This document shows positions 18,152-28,309 of a DNA stretch of 64,000 nucleotides, piece by piece; the first letter of the stretch is position 1; each line of letters starts with the position of its first letter. This DNA comes from an uncultured bacterium (GTDB lineage: Bacteria > Calescibacteriota > Calescibacteriia > Calescibacteriales > Calescibacteriaceae): NCBI GenBank assembly GCA_964601505.1, contig CAZRNR010000001.1, forward strand, positions 49,095-113,094, written 5' to 3'. The position numbers were made by a program, and so were the translations under genes. A model generated the notes under the pieces. The model was not told where the DNA came from, searched no databases, and saw only the letters and a program-made list of their open reading frames with translations.

Positions 18152-20903
18152 GACCGTCTATTCCATCCGTTGGTATTTTCATTTTTCCGTCTTTTGTTTC
18201 AAGTTCAACACTCGTGAGATCTTGAGAAAAAACAGCAGAGTATATTTTGTTTTTTCTCATCAGAATCTTGAGTTTTGAAATCTTTACGAAGTTTTCTATC
18301 TCCTCTGGTATTTCTTTTTCCCCAATAAACCTATATTTTATCGTTCTATATACTTCTTCAACATCATCTATTGATTCACAATTTGCAAAAGCTCTGTAAA
18401 AAGATATTCTGAGCATATTGTCTGGAATGATTTCAGATGGGATATAAGCTGGGAGATCTATTTTCACCATAGGCTCAAAAGAGATAGATTCTGATCTTTT
18501 GCCTTTTATTTCTTCTATAAATTCTTTTAGAATTTCCACATATGCATCAAATCCTATTGAGTATATATGTCCAACTTGCTCTTTCCCAAAAAGGTTTCCG
18601 GCTCCTCGCATTTCAATATCTTTTAAGGAAAGATGAAGGCCTATACCTTCTTCCTTGAAATTTACTGTTTCTATGAATATATCCAATCTGTTTTTAGCCT
18701 CCTTACCTATTTTTTCGGGAACCATAAGATAGCAGAATGCATCTTTATCACCTCTTCCTACCCTTCCTCTAAGTTGATAAAGCTCGGAAAGACCAAAAAG
18801 ATCTGCTCTCTCTATTATCATTGTATTTACATTTGGGATATCAATACCGAGAGAAACTATTTTCGTCGCAATAAGAATTCTTATCTGACCTATCATAAAA
18901 AGAAGAAGAATTTTTTCTATCTCATTTGATTTCATTCCACCATGAAGGATTGATATTGGGACATCATTGAACATATTGTGAATTTTAGCAAGTGTTTCGC
19001 TTTGTCCTTCTATGTAGGGGGTGATATATATGACTTGTCCTCCTCTTTTGAGTTCAAAATCTATTGCATCTTTTATTTTATTCTGATCCAAAAATGATGT
19101 TATTATAAGTCCTCTTCCAGTTGGTTTTGTCCTTATTATTGCAATATCTTTTAGTCCTGTGAGAGCCATTTTGAGCGACCTTGGAATTGGAGTCGCAGAA
19201 AGCGATATCACATCACATGAGGCTTTTATTCTGGCTATTTTCTCCTTCTGTTCAGTTCCAAATCTGTGCTCTTCATCTAAAACAAGTAGTCCGAGATCTT
19301 TAAAATGCGGTAAAGCATTTATAAGCTTATGTGTTCCAATCACGATATCAACATCACCAGATTTCATCTGCTGAATTATTTCTTTCTCTTTTTTTTTGGG
19401 AGTTAATCTTGAGAGCATAGCGATCTTGAAAGGAAAATCTTGAAGCCTTTGCGAAATTCTTATAAAGTGCTGTAGAGCAAGAACTGTTGTAGGCGCTACA
19501 AAAGCTGTCTGCCTGCCAGAATAAGCAACAATAGATATCGCACGTATTGCTATTTCTGTCTTCCCAACTCCAGAATCTCCAACAACAAGATAGTCAATCG
19601 GATTTTCTGAATTTGTTAGTGAAAAAACTATCTCATCTATAGCTTTTTTCTGATCATCTGTCTCATCGTATGGAAAAGTTTCTTCTATCTTTGCAAGAAT
19701 TTCCTCAGCTCCTCTATAGGGAGGACGAATTACAGTTTTTTTTATAGCAAGAAGTCTCATCGAATCAGATATTTGTTTTTCAATGTACTGCTTGACCCTT
19801 GATAACCTTATTGCAAATGTTCTCCCACCTATTTCATCAAGAATAGGATTCTCTATTCCTATGTATTTATGTATGAGCCCTATGTCTTCTGCTGGAATAT
19901 AGAGAAATGCAGAATTTCTGTATTCAATTTTTAGAAATTCCCTGCCTTGCTCTAGCGATGTCCCTCTGAAAATTCCTATTCCGTGAACTTTATGCACAAC
20001 ATAAGTTGATTCTTTTAAGTCTTCATATGTTATTGGAGGAAGTTTTAAAGAAGTTTTTTTCTTTTTATCCTTCGAATAGAAAACATCAAATGGAATGAAA
20101 GCATATTTTGTTGCTGGGATTATAAAACCAAAATTATAGTCTTCTGATCTTAATATATCTACAGATCTACCAAAGTATTCTTTCAAGGTGTTTTCTTCAT
20201 ATGAGTATTTTACTAGAAACTTTACATTGTATCCTCTTTTTATCAGCTCGAACACATCATCCTTATTCCTTATAAAATCTCTTGGAGAGAGTATCTCATG
20301 TTTTTCTATTTCTTTTAGTTTCTCTTTTATTTTACCTTTTGAATGTTCTGGACACACCCAAGAATCGCAAAAGGAGACAATCTCAGAGAAAAGCTCATAT
20401 ATTTTTCTTGAAGATTTTTGAGACAGAGAATGTATATAGATTTTCTCTTTCCTTTCAATTTTGTTCGGTGGAGATATGGTATATATTTTCTCAACTTTAT
20501 CGAAAAGTATTTCTATTCTTATTCTCAGGTTTTTTACTCTTATGTCAAATGTATCTCCTATGTTTGAAAATTCTCCATCCGAATAAGGAGATTCGGGAAC
20601 TCTTTTGTATCCATTTTCTATAAGGAAATTAATTATTTCTGATGGTCTTATCTCCTGTCCGATTTTTATATCCAGATATGATTCCGAAATCGATATTTCT
20701 CTGAATATATCCTTTATTTCCTGAATATACACATGTTTTTCTGGTCTATTGATTATCTCTTTTGAAAATTTTATTCTGAAAGCCAATAGAGATTTTTCGA
20801 ATACTTCTTCAGATTGCTTATCTGGAAAGCAGAATAGAACTGGCTCATTTAAATTTTTCAAATCTATGAAAATTGGTATAGCAGAAATATACTGTAGTTT
20901 CAT
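18099..20903 (-). CDS. mfd: Transcription-repair coupling factor
   Basis: SF2 helicase motifs ('GDSGVGKTE', 'DEEHRFG'), a TRCF-type C-terminal region and a UvrB-like N-terminus. 934 aa, which is short for Mfd. Confidence 0.85.
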   Translation of the reverse strand: MKLQYISAIPIFIDLKNLNEPVLFCFPDKQSEEVFEKSLLAFRIKFSKEIINRPEKHVYIQEIKDIFREISISESYLDIKIGQEIRPSEIINFLIENGYKRVPESPYSDGEFSNIGDTFDIRVKNLRIRIEILFDKVEKIYTISPPNKIERKEKIYIHSLSQKSSRKIYELFSEIVSFCDSWVCPEHSKGKIKEKLKEIEKHEILSPRDFIRNKDDVFELIKRGYNVKFLVKYSYEENTLKEYFGRSVDILRSEDYNFGFIIPATKYAFIPFDVFYSKDKKKKTSLKLPPITYEDLKESTYVVHKVHGIGIFRGTSLEQGREFLKIEYRNSAFLYIPAEDIGLIHKYIGIENPILDEIGGRTFAIRLSRVKQYIEKQISDSMRLLAIKKTVIRPPYRGAEEILAKIEETFPYDETDDQKKAIDEIVFSLTNSENPIDYLVVGDSGVGKTEIAIRAISIVAYSGRQTAFVAPTTVLALQHFIRISQRLQDFPFKIAMLSRLTPKKKEKEIIQQMKSGDVDIVIGTHKLINALPHFKDLGLLVLDEEHRFGTEQKEKIARIKASCDVISLSATPIPRSLKMALTGLKDIAIIRTKPTGRGLIITSFLDQNKIKDAIDFELKRGGQVIYITPYIEGQSETLAKIHNMFNDVPISILHGGMKSNEIEKILLLFMIGQIRILIATKIVSLGIDIPNVNTMIIERADLFGLSELYQLRGRVGRGDKDAFCYLMVPEKIGKEAKNRLDIFIETVNFKEEGIGLHLSLKDIEMRGAGNLFGKEQVGHIYSIGFDAYVEILKEFIEEIKGKRSESISFEPMVKIDLPAYIPSEIIPDNMLRISFYRAFANCESIDDVEEVYRTIKYRFIGEKEIPEEIENFVKISKLKILMRKNKIYSAVFSQDLTSVELETKDGKMKIPTDGIDGLISLLLSSSSDEARIHL

Positions 20904-21224
20904 CTACAAAATACTGATTAAAATTTGCGGCAATGAGTATTTTACAGGGTTTTCTTTGATTTTGAAATTTTTTCTATTGGATTATATATCTTCTGTCTTC
21001 ACATATATCTCATTATCTATATCAATTGCGTCTATAGTATTTCCAACAGATTCCAAGGAATTGAGAAAAATAAAAATTCTGTGTAATTTTGGAAATTTTC
21101 TAGGTCATCTGATTTATTCTTTCTATCTATTATGTATTCCTTTTGTATTACAAGGGAAAATGAGTTTCGAAATAGCACGAAGTAAATCAAATATTTTCAA
21201 ACAGATTTCTTAATCATATTATAG

Positions 21225-22514
21225 ATGATACAGGGTGTTGAATTTTACGATTCGGAAGATATTCTTGAAGTTTATTCAGAAGATGCCTCAAGGTGGTATA
21301 AAGTTAAACCAAAGGGTGTTTTCTTCCCAAGATCTACCGAAGAAGTTTTGAAAATAGTTCAGTTTTGCTGTTCAAGGGGTGTGAGCTTGACTCCAAGAGG
21401 GGGGGGAAGCGGGCTTACAGGTGGAGCAGTTCCAGAAAAGGATGGATTTGTAATTTCTCTTGAAAAGATGGATAAGTTTTCCTTTCAAGATGGTATAGTT
21501 GTTTCAGAGGCTGGTGCGATTTCAGGAAGTATAGAAAGAAAGATAAACTCTTTGGGCTTTACTCTTCCTGCTCAGCCTTCAAGTTTGAATTTCTCAACAA
21601 TTGGAGGAAATGTGGCTGCAAACTCTGCAGGTTTAAGATCTATAAAATACGGCTCTATGTCAGACTATATTCTTGCAGTTGAAGTTGTTCTCCCTACAGG
21701 AAAAATAATTGAATTCCATGGGGAAGATGCAAGAATCTTTGCAGGTTCTGAAGGAATCCTAGGAATAATAGCTTCTGTGAGATTCAAGGTTGTTAAGAAG
21801 AAAAACAGAGTTGTATATACCATATTCTTGAGCTCTCCAGATCAAATTCTTGAAATCTTCAATGTTTTCAGACCTTTCAATCCTTCAGCTTTTGAGGTAC
21901 TTGATGATATTTCATCATATATCGCCTTTGGGGTCAATCGCTTTTCTTTAATACTTGAGTTTGAAGAAGATTATAATGGAATCTTTGCTGAAGTAAAATC
22001 TCTAATGAATATCCTTTCGGAAAGTTTCCGATTTGACTTTGCAATTATTCCAGATACATGGGAGAGAAGAAAAAGGCTTGGTCCGGCTTTATCTAAATTC
22101 AAACCATTTAAGATAAATGAAGATGTTGTCATCCCGATTTCTTTGTTCTCATCTTATTTGCGATTTATTGAATCCTTAAGAAAAAAGATAGATTGTATTT
22201 CTTTTGGACATCTTGGAGTAGGAATTTTGCATACTAACATTATGTTCGGAGGTGGAGAAGAAGAAACAGCTTTTGACGTTAAAAGGGAACTATTTGATTT
22301 TATTGTCAGTATAGGTGGTTCAATAACAGGAGAGCACGGGGTTGGTATAGATAAGCTTCAGTTTGTAAAAAATGAACTTGGTGATGATTCAGTTTATTTC
22401 GTCTCAACCATAAAAAGTTTTTTTGATCCCCAAAATATACTTAATCCTGGTAAGGTTCCACGAGTTTCTTTTGGCTGTGTTGATACTTTGGATCCAAGAT
22501 TTCAGAAAGTTTAG
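21225..22514 (+). CDS. FAD-linked oxidase (GlcD / D-lactate dehydrogenase-like)
   Basis: FAD_binding_4 pattern ('GGGSGLTGGAVP') and a C-terminal 'HGVG' motif. Confidence 0.7.
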   Translation: MIQGVEFYDSEDILEVYSEDASRWYKVKPKGVFFPRSTEEVLKIVQFCCSRGVSLTPRGGGSGLTGGAVPEKDGFVISLEKMDKFSFQDGIVVSEAGAISGSIERKINSLGFTLPAQPSSLNFSTIGGNVAANSAGLRSIKYGSMSDYILAVEVVLPTGKIIEFHGEDARIFAGSEGILGIIASVRFKVVKKKNRVVYTIFLSSPDQILEIFNVFRPFNPSAFEVLDDISSYIAFGVNRFSLILEFEEDYNGIFAEVKSLMNILSESFRFDFAIIPDTWERRKRLGPALSKFKPFKINEDVVIPISLFSSYLRFIESLRKKIDCISFGHLGVGILHTNIMFGGGEEETAFDVKRELFDFIVSIGGSITGEHGVGIDKLQFVKNELGDDSVYFVSTIKSFFDPQNILNPGKVPRVSFGCVDTLDPRFQKV

Positions 22515-22573
22515 AATTAGCTATAATCTTTTTTATTTTCATTATATTTAATTTCTTCTTCGGAGGATTAATT

Positions 22574-23938
22574 ATGGCAAGAAAGATAGAACTAAAGGTT
22601 AGAGAGGCTCCTGCAGAACCTCTGAAGATATCTTTGAAGTCTATCTGTGAAGAGAGGGACATAAGTAAGGAGAAACTTGTTGATTATCTCAAAGATATAC
22701 TCAAGACTGTTGCTTATGAAATAAAAGGAGAAGGTCAATATGAAGTTACGTTTGATGAGCAGAATGATTCATTTACTCTTGTCAGAAAAAAAATTGTTGT
22801 TTCGGAGGTAAAAGATCCGAGGAATGAGATACATATAGATGAGGCTCGCAAGGTGGACCCTTCAGCTGAGGTAGGAGATGAAGCTCTTGAGGTGATACCT
22901 TTTTCTTCTCTTGGAAGAAGGGGAGCAGCTAGGTCAAAATTCCTACTTGAAAAATTGATATCTGAGGGGGTTGAGGAAACCATATTTGAGGAATATTCTA
23001 AAAAGAAGGGGATGCTTATAACTGGTATAGTAAAAAAAGTTGAGTTTGATAGAATAACAAGGAAGAAGGTGATATATGTAGATCTTGGAAGAAATCACAT
23101 TGGTGTTCTACCTCCAGAAGAAATGCTCCCTCAGGATGCAATGAAGCTAAGAGAAGGAGATAGTTTGAAGGCTGTTATAAAGGATGTGAGAAAGAAAGAA
23201 CACGGAAAAACTTTCAGGACAGAAATAATACTTTCAAGAGCTGATAATAAGTTTCTTGAGGAAATAGTCAAGAAAAATGTTACAGAAGTTGAGCAAGGCA
23301 TAATAAAGATAAGAGCAGTTGCTAGGAAAGCTGGTGTCAGATCAAAAATAATGGTTTATTCAGATGACCCGAGTATAGATCCTGTTGGCACTTGTGTTGG
23401 AGTGAAGGGAATAAGAATAAAAAATATAGTTCAGGAACTTGGTGGCGAGAGAGTTGATATAATTCCTTGGGATACAGATATGCAAAAGCTTGTTATGAAT
23501 GCACTTGGGATAAATAAAGTTACTGCTATGTTTTTGACGAAATTTGATTCCCAGCGTGAAGCTATAGTTGTTGTCCCTGATGATATTTTGGCTTTGGCAG
23601 TTGGAAGAGGTGGAGTAAATGTTAAGCTCGCTTCGGAACTGCTTGGCATAAGAATAAGAGTCAGAAGTGAATCCGAAAGGGAGAAAATAAAGGAAATGCT
23701 TCCCGATTTCTTCCAAAAGATAGGAATTACAGATAAGCAAGCACAAATAATGTGGGATGTCGGAATAAGAACTATAGAAGATATAGCTCTTGGAACTTAC
23801 GAGAAGCTTATGAATATTCCTGGGATGACTGAACAGGAGGCAAAGAGGGTTTGGCAGGAGGCAAAAAAGCTATATTTTGAGAGACTCAGAGAAGAAAGAT
23901 CGGAGGAGAAAAAGCAACCAGAAATAAATGAAGATTGA
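22574..23938 (+). CDS. nusA: Transcription termination/antitermination factor NusA
   Basis: S1 domain ('GMLITGIVKKVEFDRI...VDLGRNHIGVLP') and KH domains ('GVKGIRIKNIVQELGGERVDII'), plus a C-terminal HhH-like extension. Confidence 0.9.
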   Translation: MARKIELKVREAPAEPLKISLKSICEERDISKEKLVDYLKDILKTVAYEIKGEGQYEVTFDEQNDSFTLVRKKIVVSEVKDPRNEIHIDEARKVDPSAEVGDEALEVIPFSSLGRRGAARSKFLLEKLISEGVEETIFEEYSKKKGMLITGIVKKVEFDRITRKKVIYVDLGRNHIGVLPPEEMLPQDAMKLREGDSLKAVIKDVRKKEHGKTFRTEIILSRADNKFLEEIVKKNVTEVEQGIIKIRAVARKAGVRSKIMVYSDDPSIDPVGTCVGVKGIRIKNIVQELGGERVDIIPWDTDMQKLVMNALGINKVTAMFLTKFDSQREAIVVVPDDILALAVGRGGVNVKLASELLGIRIRVRSESEREKIKEMLPDFFQKIGITDKQAQIMWDVGIRTIEDIALGTYEKLMNIPGMTEQEAKRVWQEAKKLYFERLREERSEEKKQPEINED

Positions 23939-24161
23939 GTCTTAAGCAAAATTAATCGTAAAATTGTATTTTTGTTTTTCTGATTATTAAAATAACTTGG
24001 AGCATTTTTATAATTTTTATTTGAGAAATGATGACATAAAGTTTATTATATCATAAACTATTTAGAAATTTTAGAATGGCCTACAATTCCATCATTTTGG
24101 TGGAATTAGGTCTGTATATAAGTTTTTTTTCTTCATTATTTTTTACTGTCGTTTCGATGCC

Positions 24162-25910
24162 ATGCCAAGGAAGAAAAAAGAAGAAAATGAAGTTGAAACC
24201 CAGAGGAAATTAAGAAGGAAGAAAAAAGGCGAGGTTCAATCAGTTGAGCAGGATTCTCAGAAACATTCGGAGGAAGTATCTCAAGAAGTCCTTGAAAAGT
24301 TCGCGGATGAAATTATTGCTGAACCTAAAAAGGATGACCTTTTCGAATATAGCGAACTTATAACTCAGTCAGGAGAGATTGATTATTCTGATGTTCAACC
24401 AGAGTATGAGGAAAAGAAGGAAATAGAAAGTGATGAGAAAGAAGTTGAGGAATTTGGTAGCGTTGATACAATTCAGGCGGAGCAAGAGATAAAAGAAGAA
24501 AAAAAGGCAGACGAACAATTGACGTTGGAGGAAGCTTCTGAGAAGCAGAGATTGAAGAGGAAAAAAATTATTCCTTCCAGACTGAAGGAAATTGTCGATT
24601 ATGAGGCAGAAAATCAGCCATATGTGCTTCTGAATAATGTAAGCTCAAAAACAATTTCCGAACTTATAAAGTTAGCTTACGATATCGAAATACCAAATCC
24701 TTCTTCCATGAGAAAGCAAGAGATTATAACTGAGATAATGATGCGTGCTTATTCCGATTATGGGATAAAGCTGTATGCGGAAGGAATTTTTCAACAAATA
24801 GATTCTGGTGTCGGGTTTTTACGATTGTCTCATAATAATTACCTTCAATCATCTGACGATGTCTTTGTATCAAAACAAATCATCAAGAAATATGGTCTTA
24901 GAAGCGGAGACGTTGTTTTTGGTGAGATAAGGCCTCCAGAGGATGAGAACAAAGGTAAATATTTTTCTCTGCAAGCTGTAAAAAGTATAAATTTTTCTGA
25001 TCCTTGGAAGTCAAAGGAAAGAACGCTCTTTGAAAACCTTATACCTTATTATCCAACAAAAAAATTTGATCTAGATATTCAATTTGATTCTGATATATCG
25101 TGTAGAGTGGTAGATATAATTGCTCCAATTGGTAAAGGACAAAGAGGTCTTGTTGTTTCTCCACCTCGTGCTGGAAAAACTATGCTAATGCAGAACTTAG
25201 CAAAATCTATAATCACAAATCATCCTGATGTTTTTATGATAGTCCTGCTTATAGATGAGCGACCTGAGGAGGTTACGGACTGGAAAAAAAACATACTCAA
25301 CAGATTCAAAGATAGAAACATAGAAGTTGTAGCTGCTACTTTTGATGAAAAACCCGAGATACACATAAAGGTTGCAGAAATAGTCCTTACAAAAGCTAAA
25401 AGATTAGTTGAGTATAAGTATGATGTTGTAGTATTCCTTGATTCAATTACACGGCTTACCAGAGCTTACAATCAGTATATTCCTTCTTCTGGTAAAGTCC
25501 TAACTGGAGGTATAGATTCCGCTGCTTTGCAGTTCCCCAAAAAGTTTTTTGGTGCTGCAAGAGCAATAGAAGGTGGAGGTTCTCTCACAATAATTGCAAC
25601 TTGTCTTATAGATACTGGCTCACGAATGGATGAAGTTATATTTGAAGAGTTCAAAGGAACAGGAAATATGGAAATATACCTTGATAGAAGAATAGCAGAA
25701 AAAAGAATATTCCCAGCAATAGATGTTCATAGATCTGGTACGAGAAAAGAAGAATTACTCATACATCCGGATCACCTTCCAAAAATATGGCTTCTTAGAA
25801 AGGTTCTGCAGCCGATGACTACCATTGATGCTATGGAGCTTTTGCATGAGAAGATTTCACAGACTAAAAACAATAACGAATTCTTTCAACTTATCCTCTC
25901 TGGCGGGTAG
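24162..25910 (+). CDS. rho: Transcription termination factor Rho with an N-terminal K/E-rich insertion of about 190 aa
   Basis: Walker A '[17 protein letters not shown]', Q/R loops, and a cold-shock-like RNA-binding segment ('[25 protein letters not shown]'). Confidence 0.9.
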   Translation: MPRKKKEENEVETQRKLRRKKKGEVQSVEQDSQKHSEEVSQEVLEKFADEIIAEPKKDDLFEYSELITQSGEIDYSDVQPEYEEKKEIESDEKEVEEFGSVDTIQAEQEIKEEKKADEQLTLEEASEKQRLKRKKIIPSRLKEIVDYEAENQPYVLLNNVSSKTISELIKLAYDIEIPNPSSMRKQEIITEIMMRAYSDYGIKLYAEGIFQQIDSGVGFLRLSHNNYLQSSDDVFVSKQIIKKYGLRSGDVVFGEIRPPEDENKGKYFSLQAVKSINFSDPWKSKERTLFENLIPYYPTKKFDLDIQFDSDISCRVVDIIAPIGKGQRGLVVSPPRAGKTMLMQNLAKSIITNHPDVFMIVLLIDERPEEVTDWKKNILNRFKDRNIEVVAATFDEKPEIHIKVAEIVLTKAKRLVEYKYDVVVFLDSITRLTRAYNQYIPSSGKVLTGGIDSAALQFPKKFFGAARAIEGGGSLTIIATCLIDTGSRMDEVIFEEFKGTGNMEIYLDRRIAEKRIFPAIDVHRSGTRKEELLIHPDHLPKIWLLRKVLQPMTTIDAMELLHEKISQTKNNNEFFQLILSGG

Positions 25911-26497
25911 AATTGAATACTATTGGTTGATATATCTATTGAATATATCTCCGTGAAGATCTTTTGGACAAATATATCATTTGCTTTTTCATAAGGGATT
26001 TTTTCAAAAACCTGAAAGCTCCAAGACAATGCGAATATCTGGGCATCTGGTCTTCTCTCTACTAGAATTCTGTCATAATAACCTTTTCCATATCCTATCC
26101 TGAAACCTCTTGTATCAAAAAGTAATCCCGGAACTAAAAAAAGATCTATTTTATCTATTCCGACTTTGATTTCCGAAACAGGCTCAGGTATTCTATATTT
26201 ACCTTCTTTGAGTCTGCCTGTGTATAAAAAGAACTCTATTCTGTCTTCAGAGACTACTTTAGGTAAAAATATTTTTTTCTCATTTTGATTTAGTATTAAA
26301 TATGTATCAGGTTCTCCATTAGTTCCAACAAAGCATGCTATGTTCTTACTTCTTTCAAATTCCTCAGTTCTTATTACTTGTCTTTGAATATTATATGACA
26401 TAAGCTTTGTGAATTCTTTTGACAGAGTTTTTCTTATTTGTATCATAAACTTTCTTGCTTCATCAATGTTTTTAAATGGGAACTCCTGAATCTTCAT
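25886..26497 (-). CDS. 5-formyltetrahydrofolate cyclo-ligase
   Basis: Motif 'GYGKGYYDR', the MTHFS signature. 203 aa. Overlaps the end of rho convergently by 25 nt. Confidence 0.7.
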   Translation of the reverse strand: MKIQEFPFKNIDEARKFMIQIRKTLSKEFTKLMSYNIQRQVIRTEEFERSKNIACFVGTNGEPDTYLILNQNEKKIFLPKVVSEDRIEFFLYTGRLKEGKYRIPEPVSEIKVGIDKIDLFLVPGLLFDTRGFRIGYGKGYYDRILVERRPDAQIFALSWSFQVFEKIPYEKANDIFVQKIFTEIYSIDISTNSIQFYPPERIS

Positions 26498-26508
26498 AGT
26501 GTTCTATA

Positions 26509-26784
26509 TCAGTATTCTATTTTAAACTCTTTGAATTTTCCTGAGAATTCTTCTATTTTGTGCTCAACTTGACTGACAACAGCTCCCGGCGGACCTTTTT
26601 TAGACCATTCAAGTAGAGCCATTAGATCTCTTTCTTCGCCTTCAGCAACAATTTCTACTTCACCAGTTTGAAGATTTTTTATATACCCTGTGAGCTTCAA
26701 AATTCTTGCTTGTCTCAGTGTGCTTGCTCTAAAGCCTACACCCTGAACTATTCCCGAAACTTTTATATATATTCTCTTTTTCAT
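26509..26784 (-). CDS. acyP: Acylphosphatase
   Basis: Motifs 'VSGIVQGVGFRAST' and 'GYIKNLQTGEVE'. 91 aa. Confidence 0.8.
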   Translation of the reverse strand: MKKRIYIKVSGIVQGVGFRASTLRQARILKLTGYIKNLQTGEVEIVAEGEERDLMALLEWSKKGPPGAVVSQVEHKIEEFSGKFKEFKIEY

Positions 26785-27037
26785 ATGATAAATAAATGCG
26801 TAATAAAAATAAGTTTGATTAGATAAAAAATTGTTGATTTATAATAATTATAATTTTTTGATATTGTATAATTTAGGAGAAAATAAATCTATAAGTAAAT
26901 CTTGTAGAATAGTAGTTTTATATATAATCTCAACTCTATAATTGTTTTGTTATGTTTTATTGTTTAGAAAATCAAACATAAAATTAAAGTTGAGAATTTA
27001 TCAATTTAATTTGAACTTATTAGGAGGTGTGTATTTA

Positions 27038-28309
27038 ATGGATAAGGCGAAAAAGAAAGGTAAAGTTTTACTTGTTCTGGGAGCTCAGTGGGGAGATGAA
27101 GGGAAGGGGAAGATAGTAGATGCTTTGTCTAAATTTTTTGATTACTCTGTTAGATTTCAGGGGGGGCCAAACGCTGGTCATACTGTAATATTTAATGGGA
27201 AAAAAGTTATTTTTCATACTATACCTTCGGGAATACTTCAAGAAAACTGTTCAGCTGTTGTATCAAATGGTGTTCTGATAGATGTGGATGTCTTTAGGAA
27301 CGAGATTGAATCTATTAAAAGATTAGGACTGAAATTTGATGGAAGACTTTTTATTTCTCCTCTGTGTCATCTCATACTTGAATTTCACAAGGCACTTGAT
27401 TCTGCTATAGATAAAAGATCTAACATAGGTACAACAAAGATGGGGATAGGTCCTTCTGTTGAATTCAAGGTATTACGCAAAGGCATAAGGATAAAAGATA
27501 TATTCTCAAAAAGTCTGAGGGATAAATTAAAAGATATTCTTGATTATGCAAAGTGTATCTATTCATCTCTTGGAGAGAGCTTATCCGATGATCAAAATTA
27601 TTTTGATTATCTTAGGGTAGAGGAGAAATTGCTTCGATTCGGTGAGTTCATAGAAAATTTCTTAGCTGAAACAGATTTGCTTCTTAAAAGAGAAATCTAT
27701 AACGGGAAAAATGTTCTTCTTGAGGGAGCTCAGGGGATACTCCTTGATCTTGATTTTGGAAGTTATCCATTTGTAACTTCTACGAATACTACTCCGGGGG
27801 GAGCACTTGTTGGAACCGGGCTTGGACCAAAAGATATAGATATGGTTCTTGGTGTTTCAAAGTCATATACTACACGTGTTGGGTCGGGATACTTCCCCTC
27901 AGAAATAAAGGATGCTAAGCTGTCTCAGAGGCTCAGAGAGATTGGCCATGAGTACGGTGCCACAACTGGTAGGCCAAGAAGAGTTGGTTGGCTTGACATA
28001 CCTATACTTAAATACTCAATAAGGATAGGTAGTATTGATTGTGTCGCTATAACTAAAATAGATACTCTTGAAAAATTTGGAAAAGCATTTTTGGTTGAAA
28101 AATATAAAGTGAATGATAAAATATATGAGGAGTTTTCTCCAACTATGGATGTTGAAAACATCCAAACTGTTCTGAGAGAATTTAAAATTTCTGATATAAA
28201 AAAAATCTTTGAAGATATGACAGGTGTTAAGAATGTTATAAGATCATATGGACCTGATAGAGAAAATATTGAGTTTGATGAAAGTTTTTATTCTTTTCTG
28301 GTCTCTTGA
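27038..28309 (+). CDS. purA: Adenylosuccinate synthetase
   Basis: Motifs 'GAQWGDEGKGKIVD', 'GPNAGHT' and 'GTTKMGIGP'. RBS AGGAGG at 27023. The ORF in the track starts earlier, at 26942. Confidence 0.9.
   Translation: MDKAKKKGKVLLVLGAQWGDEGKGKIVDALSKFFDYSVRFQGGPNAGHTVIFNGKKVIFHTIPSGILQENCSAVVSNGVLIDVDVFRNEIESIKRLGLKFDGRLFISPLCHLILEFHKALDSAIDKRSNIGTTKMGIGPSVEFKVLRKGIRIKDIFSKSLRDKLKDILDYAKCIYSSLGESLSDDQNYFDYLRVEEKLLRFGEFIENFLAETDLLLKREIYNGKNVLLEGAQGILLDLDFGSYPFVTSTNTTPGGALVGTGLGPKDIDMVLGVSKSYTTRVGSGYFPSEIKDAKLSQRLREIGHEYGATTGRPRRVGWLDIPILKYSIRIGSIDCVAITKIDTLEKFGKAFLVEKYKVNDKIYEEFSPTMDVENIQTVLREFKISDIKKIFEDMTGVKNVIRSYGPDRENIEFDESFYSFLVS

Noticed and set aside
20749-21213. 154-aa plus-strand ORF spanning the mfd start and the divergent promoter region
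   Set aside because: It overlaps the mfd 5' end, has low-complexity hydrophobic composition and no RBS. It is probably a spurious ORF in AT-rich DNA.
26785-27037. Purine riboswitch upstream of purA. Also a SAM riboswitch upstream of metK and a TPP riboswitch upstream of thiD.
   Set aside because: The purA leader lacks conserved riboswitch cores. metK and thiD have upstream gaps of only about 30 nt and about 3 nt, leaving no room for a riboswitch.
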